The notes: a model not told the origin generated them from the letters alone. A stretch of DNA of 64,000 bases from Alphaproteobacteria bacterium (GCA_947481575.1 CANKGV010000007.1:11504-75503), one strand, 5' to 3'; positions 1 through 18,116 are shown, counted from the first letter of the stretch. Translations and numbers: made by a program.

Positions 1-2091
<2,091 letters not shown>

Positions 2092-2120
2092 GGGCTGCTT
2101 TCGCTCGCTCCGCGCTGGCC

Positions 2121-4213
<2,093 letters not shown>

Positions 4214-4410
4214 CGGAACCTGTCCTGGGAGTTGCCCTGATGGACGGCGCGAAGCAAACCACTGCGCACCGTAACGAATTGAAACTCAATGATAATTTCG
4301 ACAGGCACCAAGCCTGCCGGAAAGTTGGCGGATAGCTAACACATTCGACGCCAGGGGCGCAACGCTTGTCCCGGTGGTTGGGAGCTTTTGTCGCCCCTGT
4401 TTGGGGGTGC

Positions 4411-6510
4411 CTAGGCAGGCAATGGCGCCCGTGCGTCCCGGCGTTTGCGGCGGGCGATCAGTGGCGGGCATTTGCGCTCGTCGTAGTAATCGACTTGGCA
4501 GTCCAGGCACTGCAGGCATTCGTTGGGGTTGATTGCCCCAGTAGGCGAAATGGCCCCAATCGGACAATCGGCCTCGCAAATGCGGCATTCGGTGCCGCAC
4601 TGCGGTTTGCGGCGCAGCCAAGTGAACATATGGACCCGCCCGAACACCGCCAGGGAGCCACCCAACGGGCACAGGAACCGGCAGTAGAACCGCTCGACGA
4701 ACAACCCGGCACCCAGGAGCACCGCGGCGTAGACGACGTACGGCCATTCGCGGGCAAAATGCGCAGTGATCACGGTCTTGAACGGCTCCACCTCGGCGGC
4801 GCTTTCCGACCAGTCGAGCGAGACGAAGGCGAGGCCGAGTGTGGCGGCCGCGGCGATGTATTTAAGCGCCCACAGGCGTTCCTGGACGCCGGACGGCACG
4901 GTGAACTGGCGCACGCCAAGCAGCACCGCGGCCTTGTTGAGCAGCTCCTGCAATGCGCCGAACGGGCACAGCCAACCGCAGAACACCCCGCGGCCGAGCA
5001 CGAACAGCGATAGCGCGACGTAGACCGACAGGATGAACAACAGCGGATCGAGCAGGAAGCTGGTCAGGGGGATGTGGCTGAACGGCGCCTGCAGGTAGGA
5101 CATGACGTTCACCACTGAGAGCTGGGCGCCGGCATAGAGGCCGAGCCAACCTAGGACGAACGTGAGCACCGCGACGCGCACGCCGGTGTAGAGGCCGCGG
5201 TAGCGTACCAAGATGTTCTGGAACACGAACACCAGGGTCACCACGGTAAGAAGCGCACCCAGCACGGCGATGCGGCCGGAGCGTTCGCGCCACAACTGCA
5301 CCCAGGCGGGAACGGGCACTTCCTCGACCTGGGGCAGCAGGATTAGCGCGGCCGGCAGGCGGTAGGCGACCGGCAGAGCGACGGCCATGACCTTGCCGTC
5401 CGCGGCTTTGCCGGGCACGACGACTTCCAGCGTCCACGGTTTGATCGGGTCGAGGCCGGCGGTGGGCGGCAGGAAGATCGCGGCGGCCTCGATGCGGTCG
5501 ATCGGCGCGCCGGTTTCTTCTTCCGGGATCGGCACCGTGCGCAGCATGCCTTCAATGAACGGGATGACCTTGGCGTCCTGGACGATGCGCAGGGTGTCGA
5601 AGAAGAACCCGGTGGCGGTCTTGTTGTGATGGGTGTTGGCGCGGTCGAACGCGCCGTCATTGGCCATCCATACGATGAGGCCGCCGGGGCCTTGGCGGTT
5701 GGCGAGTTCGTTGTAGCGCTCGTCGCCGAGCAAGTTGACGCCGATGGTGGGCGGCGAGAGCAACCCCACGTACAGGTTCAGGAACGCCGCTGTCGTGTCG
5801 GCCGGCAACGCTTGGTCCGGCTTCGCGCCGGCGCCACCGGCCTTGGTGAATGCGGCGAGCACATCAGCGATCGGCACCTGCCGATGCACGATCGCGCCCA
5901 TGGCGAGCAATTCGTCGAATGTGTGCTTGGTGAAGCTGTCGCGGTCGAGGGCGGGCTCGGTGACGACACGGCCGCCGGCGGCAAGCACGTGGGCGTTGAA
6001 TACCTTGCGCGACGAACTCTGCATGCCGTCTTTCAGCAAGCGCGCAGTCACCGACGCGCCCTGCACCCAATCCGGCACCACCGAGCGCCAGTCCTGGAGC
6101 GTTGCGGCGGCGAACCCGGCAATGAAGTCGTCGAGCTTTTCGCGCTTCACGCCGCGGTCAACGATCGACTCGTGCTCTTCGATCAGCGCCGCCCCGGTGA
6201 TTTTGCCCTCGACAGTCATGCCGCCGATCATGTCGAGCGGAGCGCCGGTGTAGCCGGTGGCTTTGACGATGTCGTAGGTCGAAAAGATGAACCCGGCGAG
6301 TTTGCCGCCAATGGTAACGGAGAGCGCGGGCGGCGTGCCTTCGGCGGGCGCGACCTGTTCGGCGCCGGGGAATACCTGCTGAATCATCTGCGGCGTAAGG
6401 CGCGCCGCGAGATCGGGATTATCGGCGGCAAGCGCAACGGCCGCGCCGATCACCAGGGCGATCGCAGCGGCGGCACCCGTCTGGGGCAGGCGGAGGGGGG
6501 GCAAGCGCAC
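4411..6510 (-). CDS. NosR/NirI-family membrane flavo-iron-sulfur protein (periplasmic FMN-binding domain, TM helices, two 4Fe-4S motifs)
   Basis: Signal-like N-terminus; GYTGAPLDMIGG; DWVQGASVT flavinylation-like motif; CGWLCPFG and CRFLCPLG; CxxxCxxCxxxCP and CxxCxxC...CPP. Confidence 0.85.
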   Translation of the reverse strand: MRLPPLRLPQTGAAAAIALVIGAAVALAADNPDLAARLTPQMIQQVFPGAEQVAPAEGTPPALSVTIGGKLAGFIFSTYDIVKATGYTGAPLDMIGGMTVEGKITGAALIEEHESIVDRGVKREKLDDFIAGFAAATLQDWRSVVPDWVQGASVTARLLKDGMQSSSRKVFNAHVLAAGGRVVTEPALDRDSFTKHTFDELLAMGAIVHRQVPIADVLAAFTKAGGAGAKPDQALPADTTAAFLNLYVGLLSPPTIGVNLLGDERYNELANRQGPGGLIVWMANDGAFDRANTHHNKTATGFFFDTLRIVQDAKVIPFIEGMLRTVPIPEEETGAPIDRIEAAAIFLPPTAGLDPIKPWTLEVVVPGKAADGKVMAVALPVAYRLPAALILLPQVEEVPVPAWVQLWRERSGRIAVLGALLTVVTLVFVFQNILVRYRGLYTGVRVAVLTFVLGWLGLYAGAQLSVVNVMSYLQAPFSHIPLTSFLLDPLLFILSVYVALSLFVLGRGVFCGWLCPFGALQELLNKAAVLLGVRQFTVPSGVQERLWALKYIAAAATLGLAFVSLDWSESAAEVEPFKTVITAHFAREWPYVVYAAVLLGAGLFVERFYCRFLCPLGGSLAVFGRVHMFTWLRRKPQCGTECRICEADCPIGAISPTGAINPNECLQCLDCQVDYYDERKCPPLIARRKRRDARAPLPA

Positions 6511-6589
6511 CGCCGGACCGTAGGGCCCACCTGCCCCCGGTTCAACCTATGACGCCAATTCGAACAACCCAGCGACGGAAGCCGCCGAG

Positions 6590-8797
6590 CTACAGGAAGC
6601 TGTAGGGATCCACGTCGACCGCAAGGTGAACGCCGCCCGGCACCGGGACCGCCCCGAGCCAGCGGCGCAGGTAGTCCTGCACATTTACGGCGCGGGTCGC
6701 TTTGACCAGCAAACGGTGACGGTGACGCCCGCGCAGGACCGCGAGGGGCGCGGGCGCCGGACCGAGCACGTGGACATCCGGCACGGCTGGCGCCGCGCGG
6801 GCAAGCGCCCGGACGAACTGGGCCACGCGGTCGGGGTCGGTGCCGGAGGCGATCAGCGCGACCATGCGGCCGAATGGCGGCAGATCGTGGTCGCGGCGTT
6901 CGGTGGCTTCGCGGGCGATGAACGCGTCGCGGTCGCCCGACAGCAGCGCCTCCATGACGGGATGTTCCGGCGCGTAGGTCTGCAGGAACACACGGCCGGG
7001 ACGCTCGGCGCGGCCGGCGCGGCCGGCGACCTGGCTGAGTAGCTGGTAGGTGCGCTCGGCGGCGCGCAAGTCGCCACCGGCAAGGCCGAGGTCGGCATCC
7101 ACCACAGCGACAACGGTAAGGAGCGGGAAGTGGTGGCCCTTGGCGACGATCTGGGTACCGATCAGGACATCGACGCGATGTTCCGCCACCGCACGCACGA
7201 GATCGGCGGCGGCGGTGGGGCCGGCGATCGTATCGCTGGCCATGACGGCGGCGCGCGCTTCGGGGAATAGGCGCGCGACTTCTTCGGCGACACGCTCCAC
7301 GCCGGGCCCGCAGGCGGCAAAGCTGTTGGGCGCCGTGCAGTTCGGGCACTTTTCTGGAATCGCGGCGTGGAAGCCGCAGTGATGGCATTCGAGGCGGCCG
7401 GCATGGCGATGTTCCACCAGCCACGCCTGGCAGTTCGGGCACTCCATGCGGTGGCCGCACGAGCGGCACAGCGTGAGCGGCGCGTAGCCACGCCGGTTCA
7501 GAAACAGCATCGCCTGGCTGCCGGCGGCGAGCGCCTCGCCGACTGCCTTCACCACCGTCGGCGACAGCCAGTGGCCGCGCGGCGGCGGATCCGTGCGTAA
7601 GTCCACCGCGGAGATCGTAGGCAGTTCCGCACCGCCGAACCGGTCCGGCAACTGCAGGTGCCGGTAGCGCCCGGACTGCACGTTCACGACGGTTTCCAGC
7701 GACGGTGTCGCCGACACCAGTACAACAGGAATATGCGCAAGGCGCCCGAGCACGACGGCCATGTCGCGGGCGTTGTAGATCACACCTTCTTCCTGCTTGT
7801 AGGACCCGTCGTGCTCCTCGTCGACGACCACCAGACCGAGGTCCGCATACGGCAGGAACAACGCGGAGCGCGCACCAACCACCACCGGCGCGGTGCCATC
7901 GGCCACCGCTCGCCACGTGGCGCGGCGACGTGCCATCGGCAGTTCGGAATGCCATTCGGCGGGCGCCACGCCGAAACGCGCGTGGAAGCGCTCCAGCCAT
8001 TGCGCCGTAAGCGCGATCTCCGGGACCATGACGAGGGCCTGGCGGCCGCGCGCCAATGCTTCGGCGACCGCGGCGAAGTACACCTCCGTCTTGCCAGACC
8101 CGGTGACACCTTCGAGCAGGGTGACGGAGAAATCCCCGGCGCCGGCCGCAGCGCGTAGTTCAGCCGCTGCCTGCCCCTGGGCACCCGACAAGGCGAGGCC
8201 CGTGTGGTGCGGGTCTGGGCGCGTGAAACCTTCCTCCGCGGCGAGACGAACCGGAACCAGCGCGCCGGCATCGGCCAGGGCGCGCACGACGCCCGCCCCG
8301 ACACCCGCCGCTTCCGCAAGGTCGGCCGCCGACCGGGGCGAGCCACCGGCGGCCACTTCGAGCACCCGGCGGCGCTGCGCAGTCAGCTTGGCGGGCGGAT
8401 TGGCGGCGGCCACATAGCCGACGCGGAACCGTGGTTCGCTCAGTGCCGCTGGGACACTCATGGCGAGGCGCAGGGCGGCGCCAACCGGCGACACGGTGTA
8501 GTTCGCCAGCCAGCCCAGAAACTCGCGCCGGTACCTTGGCATCGGCGGTACCGGCAGCTTGGCCGCGATGGAGCGAAGCTTCGCAGGCGGCACGTCCCCC
8601 TGCCCCGCACCCCAAACAACCCCGGCCACTTGGCGCGGACCCAGCGGCACAGAGACAAAATCCCCCGGCGCGACGGCCATTCCGGCGGGTACGCGGTAGT
8701 CGTAGGGCCCCCGCAAGGGCAACGGCAGCAGCACGCCAACCGTGCCGGCGCCTGTGGTCCCAACGGGTTGGGGTGAGGTGGCAGTGGTGCTTGCCAT
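6590..8797 (-). CDS. priA: Primosomal protein N' (replication restart helicase)
   Basis: [21 protein letters not shown], four CxxC zinc motifs, DVDPYSFL C-terminus. Confidence 0.97.
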   Translation of the reverse strand: MASTTATSPQPVGTTGAGTVGVLLPLPLRGPYDYRVPAGMAVAPGDFVSVPLGPRQVAGVVWGAGQGDVPPAKLRSIAAKLPVPPMPRYRREFLGWLANYTVSPVGAALRLAMSVPAALSEPRFRVGYVAAANPPAKLTAQRRRVLEVAAGGSPRSAADLAEAAGVGAGVVRALADAGALVPVRLAAEEGFTRPDPHHTGLALSGAQGQAAAELRAAAGAGDFSVTLLEGVTGSGKTEVYFAAVAEALARGRQALVMVPEIALTAQWLERFHARFGVAPAEWHSELPMARRRATWRAVADGTAPVVVGARSALFLPYADLGLVVVDEEHDGSYKQEEGVIYNARDMAVVLGRLAHIPVVLVSATPSLETVVNVQSGRYRHLQLPDRFGGAELPTISAVDLRTDPPPRGHWLSPTVVKAVGEALAAGSQAMLFLNRRGYAPLTLCRSCGHRMECPNCQAWLVEHRHAGRLECHHCGFHAAIPEKCPNCTAPNSFAACGPGVERVAEEVARLFPEARAAVMASDTIAGPTAAADLVRAVAEHRVDVLIGTQIVAKGHHFPLLTVVAVVDADLGLAGGDLRAAERTYQLLSQVAGRAGRAERPGRVFLQTYAPEHPVMEALLSGDRDAFIAREATERRDHDLPPFGRMVALIASGTDPDRVAQFVRALARAAPAVPDVHVLGPAPAPLAVLRGRHRHRLLVKATRAVNVQDYLRRWLGAVPVPGGVHLAVDVDPYSFL

Positions 8798-8890
8798 CGT
8801 CTACACTGTGTCCATTGGAGCGGGGCGTAACAAGCGCACCGCACTCTCCGCTAGAGGAAATCGCGTGCACAACCTTCGTGAGAACGGACG

Positions 8891-9610
8891 GTGAGCGCGA
8901 AACTGGGCCACGCGGCCGATGACGGCGCGTTCGGGTTCTCGGACAGCGACGTGCTGGAATTCCTTGCGCGCAACCCATCGTTTCTGGCTGACCACCCCGA
9001 AATCCTGGAAGTGCTGACACCGCCATCGCTGCGCACCGGGCGCCGCGTGCTAGACATGCAGCAATTCACCATCGAGCGGTTGCAGACCACCCTGGGCAAG
9101 ATGCGCGCCCACGAGGGGGATCTGTCGCTCGCGGTCCACGACAACCGGTCGAGCCTGTCGCGCGTTCATGCGGCGATCCTGGCGCTGTGCGAGCCGGGTG
9201 CGCTGGACGACCTGGTAGCGGTGATCACCGACGAGCTGCCTGCGATTCTGGAAGCGGATGCGGTGGCGATCTGCGTTGAGGGCGACGAGACCCAGTTGGG
9301 CCCCCTACCCGCCGCACCCGGTGTGTGCCTAGTGGCAACCGGCACCGCCGACGCAGTAATGGGCAAGGATGAGGTGCGGTTGGTCAACGACCCCACCGCA
9401 GCCAACACGGCGTTCGGGGTGATCGCCGCGTCCATTCAATCCAGCGCCCTGCTACGCCTGCAATTGGGGCGCCCGCGCCGCTCGGCATTTGTGGCGCTGG
9501 GCAGCCGGGACGCGGCACGCTTCGAGCCCGGCCAGGGCACCGAGTTGCTGGCGTTCTTGGGCGAGGCTTTGAGCCGGCGCCTGCGCGAATGGCTGGACCG
9601 GGCGCCCTGA
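8891..9610 (+). CDS. DUF484 family protein (GAF-like)
   Basis: FLARNPSFLADHPE, VLDMQQFTIERL, RFEPGQGTELLAFL; usual position upstream of xerC. Confidence 0.85.
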   Translation: MSAKLGHAADDGAFGFSDSDVLEFLARNPSFLADHPEILEVLTPPSLRTGRRVLDMQQFTIERLQTTLGKMRAHEGDLSLAVHDNRSSLSRVHAAILALCEPGALDDLVAVITDELPAILEADAVAICVEGDETQLGPLPAAPGVCLVATGTADAVMGKDEVRLVNDPTAANTAFGVIAASIQSSALLRLQLGRPRRSAFVALGSRDAARFEPGQGTELLAFLGEALSRRLREWLDRAP

Positions 9611-10557
9611 CGCCAGAGTTTGCCGGCGACGCAGCGGTCGCCGCTGCTGCCGCCGATTGGCTGGACTGGTTGCGCCGCGAACGCCGCGCCTCCCCTCACA
9701 CCGTTGCCGCCTATCGCCGGGACCTTGGCGCGTTTCTGATGTTCCTGGGCGAACATCTGGGCGGACCGGCGACGATGACCAGCCTCGCCACACTGCGCGC
9801 GAGCGATTTCCGCAGCTATCTGGTGGCGCGCCAAGGCGAAGGCTTGGTGGCCGCATCGCGGGCACGGGCGCTTTCGACCGTGCGCAGCTTCTACCGGTTC
9901 CTGGCGCGGCAGGGCGTGATCGAGAACCCGGCCCTGGCAGTGGTGCGGGCGCCGAAGTTGCCCCATGCGGTGCCGAAGCCGCTGACGGTGACCGACGCGA
10001 AGGCGGCGCTGACCATGGCCGGCGAGCCGACCGGCGAGCCGTGGATCGCAGCGCGCGACGCCGCGGTGCTGTCGCTGCTGTACGGCTGCGGCCTGCGCAT
10101 CGCCGAGGCGCTATCGCTGAACCGGCGCGCGGCGCCGTTCGGGCCGACCATGATTGTCACGGGCAAAGGCAACAAGCAGCGCATGGTGCCGGTGCTGCCG
10201 GTAGTGAAGGCGGCAACGGAGGCGTACTTGCTGGCCGTGCCGTTCGCGCTAGCCGCCGACGGCCCCCTATTCGTAGGCGCCCACGGCGCGCGGTTGCGGG
10301 CCGAGATCGTGCAGGCGCGGATGCGCGCGGTACGCCGCGCTCTGGGGTTGCCCGAGACCGCGACGCCCCACGCACTGCGTCACAGCTTCGCCACCCACCT
10401 CCTGGCGGCAGGCGGCGACCTGCGGTCGATTCAAGAGCTCCTAGGCCACGCTTCGTTGTCGACGACGCAACGTTATACCGAGGTCGACTCGGCCAGCCTG
10501 TTGCGCACGTACGACAACGCCCACCCGCGCGCACGGATGGAAAAGCGCCGCGCCTAG
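9589..10557 (+). CDS. xerC: Tyrosine recombinase XerC
   Basis: LYGCGLRIAEA, GKGNKQR, TPHALRHSFATHLL, LGHASLSTTQRY; DUF484-xerC synteny. Confidence 0.93.
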   Translation: MAGPGALTPEFAGDAAVAAAAADWLDWLRRERRASPHTVAAYRRDLGAFLMFLGEHLGGPATMTSLATLRASDFRSYLVARQGEGLVAASRARALSTVRSFYRFLARQGVIENPALAVVRAPKLPHAVPKPLTVTDAKAALTMAGEPTGEPWIAARDAAVLSLLYGCGLRIAEALSLNRRAAPFGPTMIVTGKGNKQRMVPVLPVVKAATEAYLLAVPFALAADGPLFVGAHGARLRAEIVQARMRAVRRALGLPETATPHALRHSFATHLLAAGGDLRSIQELLGHASLSTTQRYTEVDSASLLRTYDNAHPRARMEKRRA

Positions 10558-11966
10558 ATGTGGATGGCGCGGCCGATCGCGCCGAGTGCCGCTTCCTTCA
10601 CGGCCTCGGCCAGGGTCGGGTGTGCGTGGCAGGTGCGCGCGACGTGTTCGGCGGTACCGCCGTACCCCATGGCCACCACCACTTCGTGGATCAGCGTCCC
10701 CGCCTCGGGCCCAAGAATGTGGGCGCCGAGAATCGTACCGCTGCCCTTTTCGGCCAGAATCTTCACGAAGCCATCGGTGAAGCCGTTGGCGCGGGCGCGT
10801 CCATTGGCGAGAAACGGAAACTTGCCCACCGCGTATTCGACACCGGCCGCCTTGAGCTGTTGTTCCGTCTGACCGACCGCCGCGGCTTCGGGCCACGTGT
10901 AGACGACACCGGGGACCTGGTTGTAGTCGACGTGCGCGTGCAGACCGGCGATGTTCTCGACGCAGGCAACGCCATCTTCCTCGGCCTTATGGGCAAGCAT
11001 CGGACCGGGAATGCAGTCGCCAATCGCGTAGATGCCGGGGACGCTGGTGGCGAAGTGGGCATCCACTGCGATCATGCCGCGAGCGTCGGTTTTGACACCG
11101 ACCGCTTCCAGACCGACTCCTACAGTGTTGGCCTTGCGGCCAACGGCGACCAACACGACGTCGGCCTCTAGCACCTCTGCGTCGCCGCCTTCGGCAGGCT
11201 GAACCGTCAGAGCCACGGCCTCGCCGCGGACGGTCGCGCCGATGACCTTGGTGCCAAGGCGGAAGGTCAGCTTTTGCCGCCCCAGCAGGCGCTGCAGCGT
11301 GGTGGCGACCTCGTCATCCATGCCCGGCAGGATGCGCGGCAGGTATTCGACAACGGTTACCTCGGAGCCCAAGCGGGCCCATACGGAACCCAACTCCAGC
11401 CCGATGTAGCCGGCGCCGATCACGATCAAGCGCTTCGGCACGGCGGGCAACGCAAGGCCACCAGTCGAGGAGACGATCCGCACTTCATCGACCGGCACGC
11501 CGGCAAGCGGCGTTGGGATCGAGCCGGTAGCGATGATGATGTTCTTCGCGGCGAGAGTCTGCGCGGCACCGCCATCGGCAGGCGTTACGGCGACGCTGGT
11601 GCGGCCCGCGAGCACGCCGGTGCCGCGCACATGGGCGATGTTGTGTTTCTTGAACAGGAACGCAACGCCGCGGGTGTTCTGATCAACGACCTTGTCCTTG
11701 CGCGCCTGCATGGCGGCCAGGTCGAGGGTCACGGTCCCCACGCCGACGCCGTGTTCGGCGAAGTGGGTTTGCGCCTCGGTATACAGATGCGAGGAGGTAA
11801 GCAGCGCCTTGGACGGAATGCACCCAACGTTGACGCAGGTGCCACCCAGACGCTCGCGCGCTTCGACGCACGCGACCTTCATCCCAAGCTGCGCGGCCCG
11901 AATCGCTGCGACGTAGCCGCCAGGACCGCCGCCGATGATGACGAGATCGTGGGTCTGCGCTTCCAT
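10554..11966 (-). CDS. lpdA: Dihydrolipoyl dehydrogenase (E3)
   Basis: GGGPGGY, GGTCVNVGCIPSKAL redox disulfide, HAHPTLAEA. Confidence 0.97.
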   Translation of the reverse strand: MEAQTHDLVIIGGGPGGYVAAIRAAQLGMKVACVEARERLGGTCVNVGCIPSKALLTSSHLYTEAQTHFAEHGVGVGTVTLDLAAMQARKDKVVDQNTRGVAFLFKKHNIAHVRGTGVLAGRTSVAVTPADGGAAQTLAAKNIIIATGSIPTPLAGVPVDEVRIVSSTGGLALPAVPKRLIVIGAGYIGLELGSVWARLGSEVTVVEYLPRILPGMDDEVATTLQRLLGRQKLTFRLGTKVIGATVRGEAVALTVQPAEGGDAEVLEADVVLVAVGRKANTVGVGLEAVGVKTDARGMIAVDAHFATSVPGIYAIGDCIPGPMLAHKAEEDGVACVENIAGLHAHVDYNQVPGVVYTWPEAAAVGQTEQQLKAAGVEYAVGKFPFLANGRARANGFTDGFVKILAEKGSGTILGAHILGPEAGTLIHEVVVAMGYGGTAEHVARTCHAHPTLAEAVKEAALGAIGRAIHI

Positions 11967-12005
11967 CGTGGTCTCCGCCAGAAGAGCCGCAGGTCCGGTG
12001 TAGAA

Positions 12006-12938
12006 CTAGTTGCCGCCTTTGCCGGTCCGCGCGCGCGGACGCGTGGGCCGCGGGGGCGGAAACTTGCCGCGCAACAGATTCACCAAGGTGCTGCCGATCG
12101 CAGCCGGTGAGTCGGCCACGGCAAATCCGGCGCTGCGCATGGCTTCCTTTTTTGCTTCCGCGGTATCCGAACCCGCGGAGATCACGGCCCCGGCGTGGCC
12201 CATACGGCGGCCGGGCGGCGCGGTGGCGCCGGCAATGAAGCCGACGATCGGCTTCTTCACACGGCTGCGGCGATAGAAGGCCGCCGCATCCGCTTCGGCA
12301 GAGCCACCGATTTCGCCGATCATGATGATCGCTTCGGTGCCGGGGTCGGCCAGGAACAACTCCAGCACTTCCAGATAGACGGTACCCGGCACGGGATCGC
12401 CGCCGATGCCGACGCACGTGCTTTGGCCCATGCCGGCGCGGGTGGTTTGTTCCACCGCCTCGTAGGTGAGCGTACCGGAGCGGGACACGATACCGATCTT
12501 GCCCGGCGTGTGAATCTGCGCGGGCATAATGCCGATCTTGCACTGACCCGGCGTGATGATGCCGGCGGTGTTCGGGCCCAACAGGCGTGTGCGCGAACCC
12601 AACAGCGCGCGTTTTACGCGGATTTCGTCGAGCACCGGAATGCCTTCGGTGATGCACACGGCGAGTTCCAGGCCGGCGTCGATCGCCTCAAGAATTGCAT
12701 CGGCCGCGCCGGGCGGCGGCACGTAGATCGCGCTGGCGGTGGCGCCGGTGGCTTCTACCGCTTCGGCAACCGTGTCGAATACCGGCAAGCCGAGGTGTGT
12801 CGTGCCGCCTTTGCCGGGCGTAACGCCGCCAACCACCTTGGTGTTGTAGGCAAGCGCCTGTTCCGTGTGGAACGTGCCCTGGGCGCCGGTGATGCCCTGG
12901 ACGATGACGCGGGTGTCGGAATTGATGAGGACGCTCAT
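12006..12938 (-). CDS. sucD: Succinate/malate--CoA ligase alpha subunit (atypical GPNTAG motif, basic C-terminal extension)
   Basis: [30 protein letters not shown] phospho-His. Confidence 0.93.
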   Translation of the reverse strand: MSVLINSDTRVIVQGITGAQGTFHTEQALAYNTKVVGGVTPGKGGTTHLGLPVFDTVAEAVEATGATASAIYVPPPGAADAILEAIDAGLELAVCITEGIPVLDEIRVKRALLGSRTRLLGPNTAGIITPGQCKIGIMPAQIHTPGKIGIVSRSGTLTYEAVEQTTRAGMGQSTCVGIGGDPVPGTVYLEVLELFLADPGTEAIIMIGEIGGSAEADAAAFYRRSRVKKPIVGFIAGATAPPGRRMGHAGAVISAGSDTAEAKKEAMRSAGFAVADSPAAIGSTLVNLLRGKFPPPRPTRPRARTGKGGN

Positions 12939-14107
12939 TATGCGTTGGCCCGGGTGGCGGCGACGATCTTTTCAGCGGCATCGGTCAGGCCGTCGGCGGA
13001 GATGATGTCCAAGCCCGATTCGGCCAGGATCTTCTTGCCCAATTCGACGTTGGTGCCTTCGAGGCGCGCCACCAGCGGCAGCTTGAGCCCGACTTCGCGG
13101 GCCGCCGCAACCACGCCGTTGGCGATCAGGTCGCAGCGGTTGATACCGGCGAAGATGTTCACGAGGATGCCCTTCACGGCCGGGTCTTCCAGGATGATGC
13201 GGAACGCTTCGGCCACGCGCTCTTTGGGCGCGCCGCCACCGACATCGAGGAAGTTTGCGGGTTCGCCGCCATGGAACTTGATCAGGTCCATGGTTGCCAT
13301 GGCGAGGCCGGCGCCGTTGACCAAGCAGCCGATGTTGCCGTCGAGCTTTACGTAATTCAGGCTGGCCGCCTGGGCGCGGATTTCTGCCGCGTTCTCTTCC
13401 GCTTCGTCGCGCATCTTGGCGACCTCAGGCTGGCGGAAGAGGGCGTTGTCGTCGATCGCCATCTTGGCGTCGAGGGCTAACACCCGGCCGTCCTTGGTGA
13501 CGCATAGCGGGTTGATCTCGATCAGGGCCGCATCGAACGCGTGATAGGCTTGGTAGGCCCCCTGCATCAGCGTCACCGCGGCTTTCACTTCGTTGCCCTT
13601 GAGGCCAAGCGCAAACGCCATCTTGCGGCAATGGAATGGCTGCAGGCCGGTGGCGGGATCGACCACCACACGGATGATCTTGTCGGGGGTGTTGGCAGCG
13701 ACTTCTTCGATATCCATGCCGCCGGCCACGGAGCCCACCAGCATCAGGCGGCTCACCGGGCGGTCGAGCAGAATCGAGAAGTAGAGTTCGCGGGCGATAT
13801 CGACGCCTTGCTCGACGTAGACCTTGGAGACTTTCTTCCCCGCGGCGCCGGTCTGCGGCGTCACCAGGGTCATACCCATGATTTCGCGGATCGCTTTGAC
13901 CGCATCGGCGGCGGTCTTGGCGACTTTGACGCCGCCGGCCTTGCCGCGGCCACCGGCGTGCACCTGGGCTTTGACGACCCAGACCGGGCCGCCGACTTCC
14001 GCCACGGCGGCCTCGGCTTCGGACAGGTTCTGGACCAGAACGCCCTTGGGCGTTGCGACACCGCGGCGCGCGAGCAGCGCCTTGGCCTGATACTCGTGAA
14101 GGTTCAT
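12938..14107 (-). CDS. sucC: Succinate/malate--CoA ligase beta subunit (MtkA-like [10 protein letters not shown] motif)
   Basis: MNLHEYQAK start at 14107, [36 protein letters not shown]. Confidence 0.93.
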   Translation of the reverse strand: MNLHEYQAKALLARRGVATPKGVLVQNLSEAEAAVAEVGGPVWVVKAQVHAGGRGKAGGVKVAKTAADAVKAIREIMGMTLVTPQTGAAGKKVSKVYVEQGVDIARELYFSILLDRPVSRLMLVGSVAGGMDIEEVAANTPDKIIRVVVDPATGLQPFHCRKMAFALGLKGNEVKAAVTLMQGAYQAYHAFDAALIEINPLCVTKDGRVLALDAKMAIDDNALFRQPEVAKMRDEAEENAAEIRAQAASLNYVKLDGNIGCLVNGAGLAMATMDLIKFHGGEPANFLDVGGGAPKERVAEAFRIILEDPAVKGILVNIFAGINRCDLIANGVVAAAREVGLKLPLVARLEGTNVELGKKILAESGLDIISADGLTDAAEKIVAATRANA

Positions 14108-14170
14108 CGATCCCCGCGTTGCAAGCCGGAGCTGGGGCGCGCAAGCGCCCAAGCGGCGGCAGGGGCGTTT

Positions 14171-14199
14171 CTTATAGGCAGCGCCCGTGATGATGGCAA
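14171..14199 (-). promoter_or_regulatory. Sigma70-like promoter for sucC-sucD-lpdA, located between mdh and sucC
   Basis: Minus strand reads TTGCCA-N17-TATAAG about 65 nt upstream of the sucC ATG. Confidence 0.6.
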
Positions 14200-14239
14200 T
14201 TGGGTGGCCCGCGCGAAGGTGACGCAGCCCGCGCGCACG

Positions 14240-17301
<3,062 letters not shown>

Positions 17302-17305
17302 CGGG

Positions 17306-18061
17306 CTACCAGGCGCCGTTGTTCAGGCGGAACCGCATAGCCCCGATGATCGGCCCTTGGTCCTTGACCTGGACCAGCGCAACGGCGCCATCTGCGCCTT
17401 CCGCGACGATGCCACCCGGCACCGGGAACCGCGTGAGCTGCCCGCGCCATTGGCCGAGGTGAACGATGCTGCGGACCACGTTGGCGTAGCCGACCTTTTG
17501 CCCGGCGTTCTCGCCGCGCTCGATGGTCACCGACGCCCACGACTTGAAGAGCACGATCCACACATCGGCGACGTTCTTGAATTCACCCGTGGCGGCGCCC
17601 ACTCGCAAGAAGGCGCCATCTTCGTCGCGATCAAAGCGCACCTCGGTCGGACCCGTCATCGGGTTTTCACGCGCCGCTTGAATCGCCCCTTCGACAGCCT
17701 TCTTGTCGGCGCCGATTTGCTCGTTCGTGCCGTTGACGATCATCTGCGGCGTGTAGACCGACGATAGTCCCAGTGCCTTCGTGTAGAGCTTCTGGCGCGT
17801 GGTCGCTGCAGCTAGGCCGAACGTGTCCTTCCAACCCAGGTAGTCCCAGTAGTCCACATGGAACCCGAGGACGATGATGTTCTCGTCCTGACGGCGTTGC
17901 AGTTCCTGCAAATACGCGTCGGCCGGCGGGCACGAGTTGCAACCTTGGGATGTAAATAATTCCACGACCACGGGACGGTCGCCAGCAAGCGCGGGCGACC
18001 AAACACCCGCGGCCACCAAGCCACCCACCGCCAACCCGAAAATCCGCAGAACCATGCGCAT
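17306..18061 (-). CDS. DUF1223 thioredoxin-like secreted protein
   Basis: Signal peptide; VVELFTSQGCNSCPPAD, HVDYWDYLGWKD, YTPQMIVNG, GENAG. Confidence 0.9.
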   Translation of the reverse strand: MRMVLRIFGLAVGGLVAAGVWSPALAGDRPVVVELFTSQGCNSCPPADAYLQELQRRQDENIIVLGFHVDYWDYLGWKDTFGLAAATTRQKLYTKALGLSSVYTPQMIVNGTNEQIGADKKAVEGAIQAARENPMTGPTEVRFDRDEDGAFLRVGAATGEFKNVADVWIVLFKSWASVTIERGENAGQKVGYANVVRSIVHLGQWRGQLTRFPVPGGIVAEGADGAVALVQVKDQGPIIGAMRFRLNNGAW

Positions 18062-18116
18062 TCCAACAATGCTGCCGAGCCCATGGCCGGCGGGCCAATC
18101 ACTTGTCGGTGACGCC

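Noticed and set aside
6511-6589. FNR/NnrR box upstream of the nosR-like gene
   Set aside because: No TTGAT-N4-ATCAA match found on either strand.
9589-10557. Tyrosine recombinase as a sign of a prophage or integrative element
   Set aside because: Housekeeping XerC in the standard priA/DUF484-xerC context; no att repeats, tRNA or cargo genes seen.
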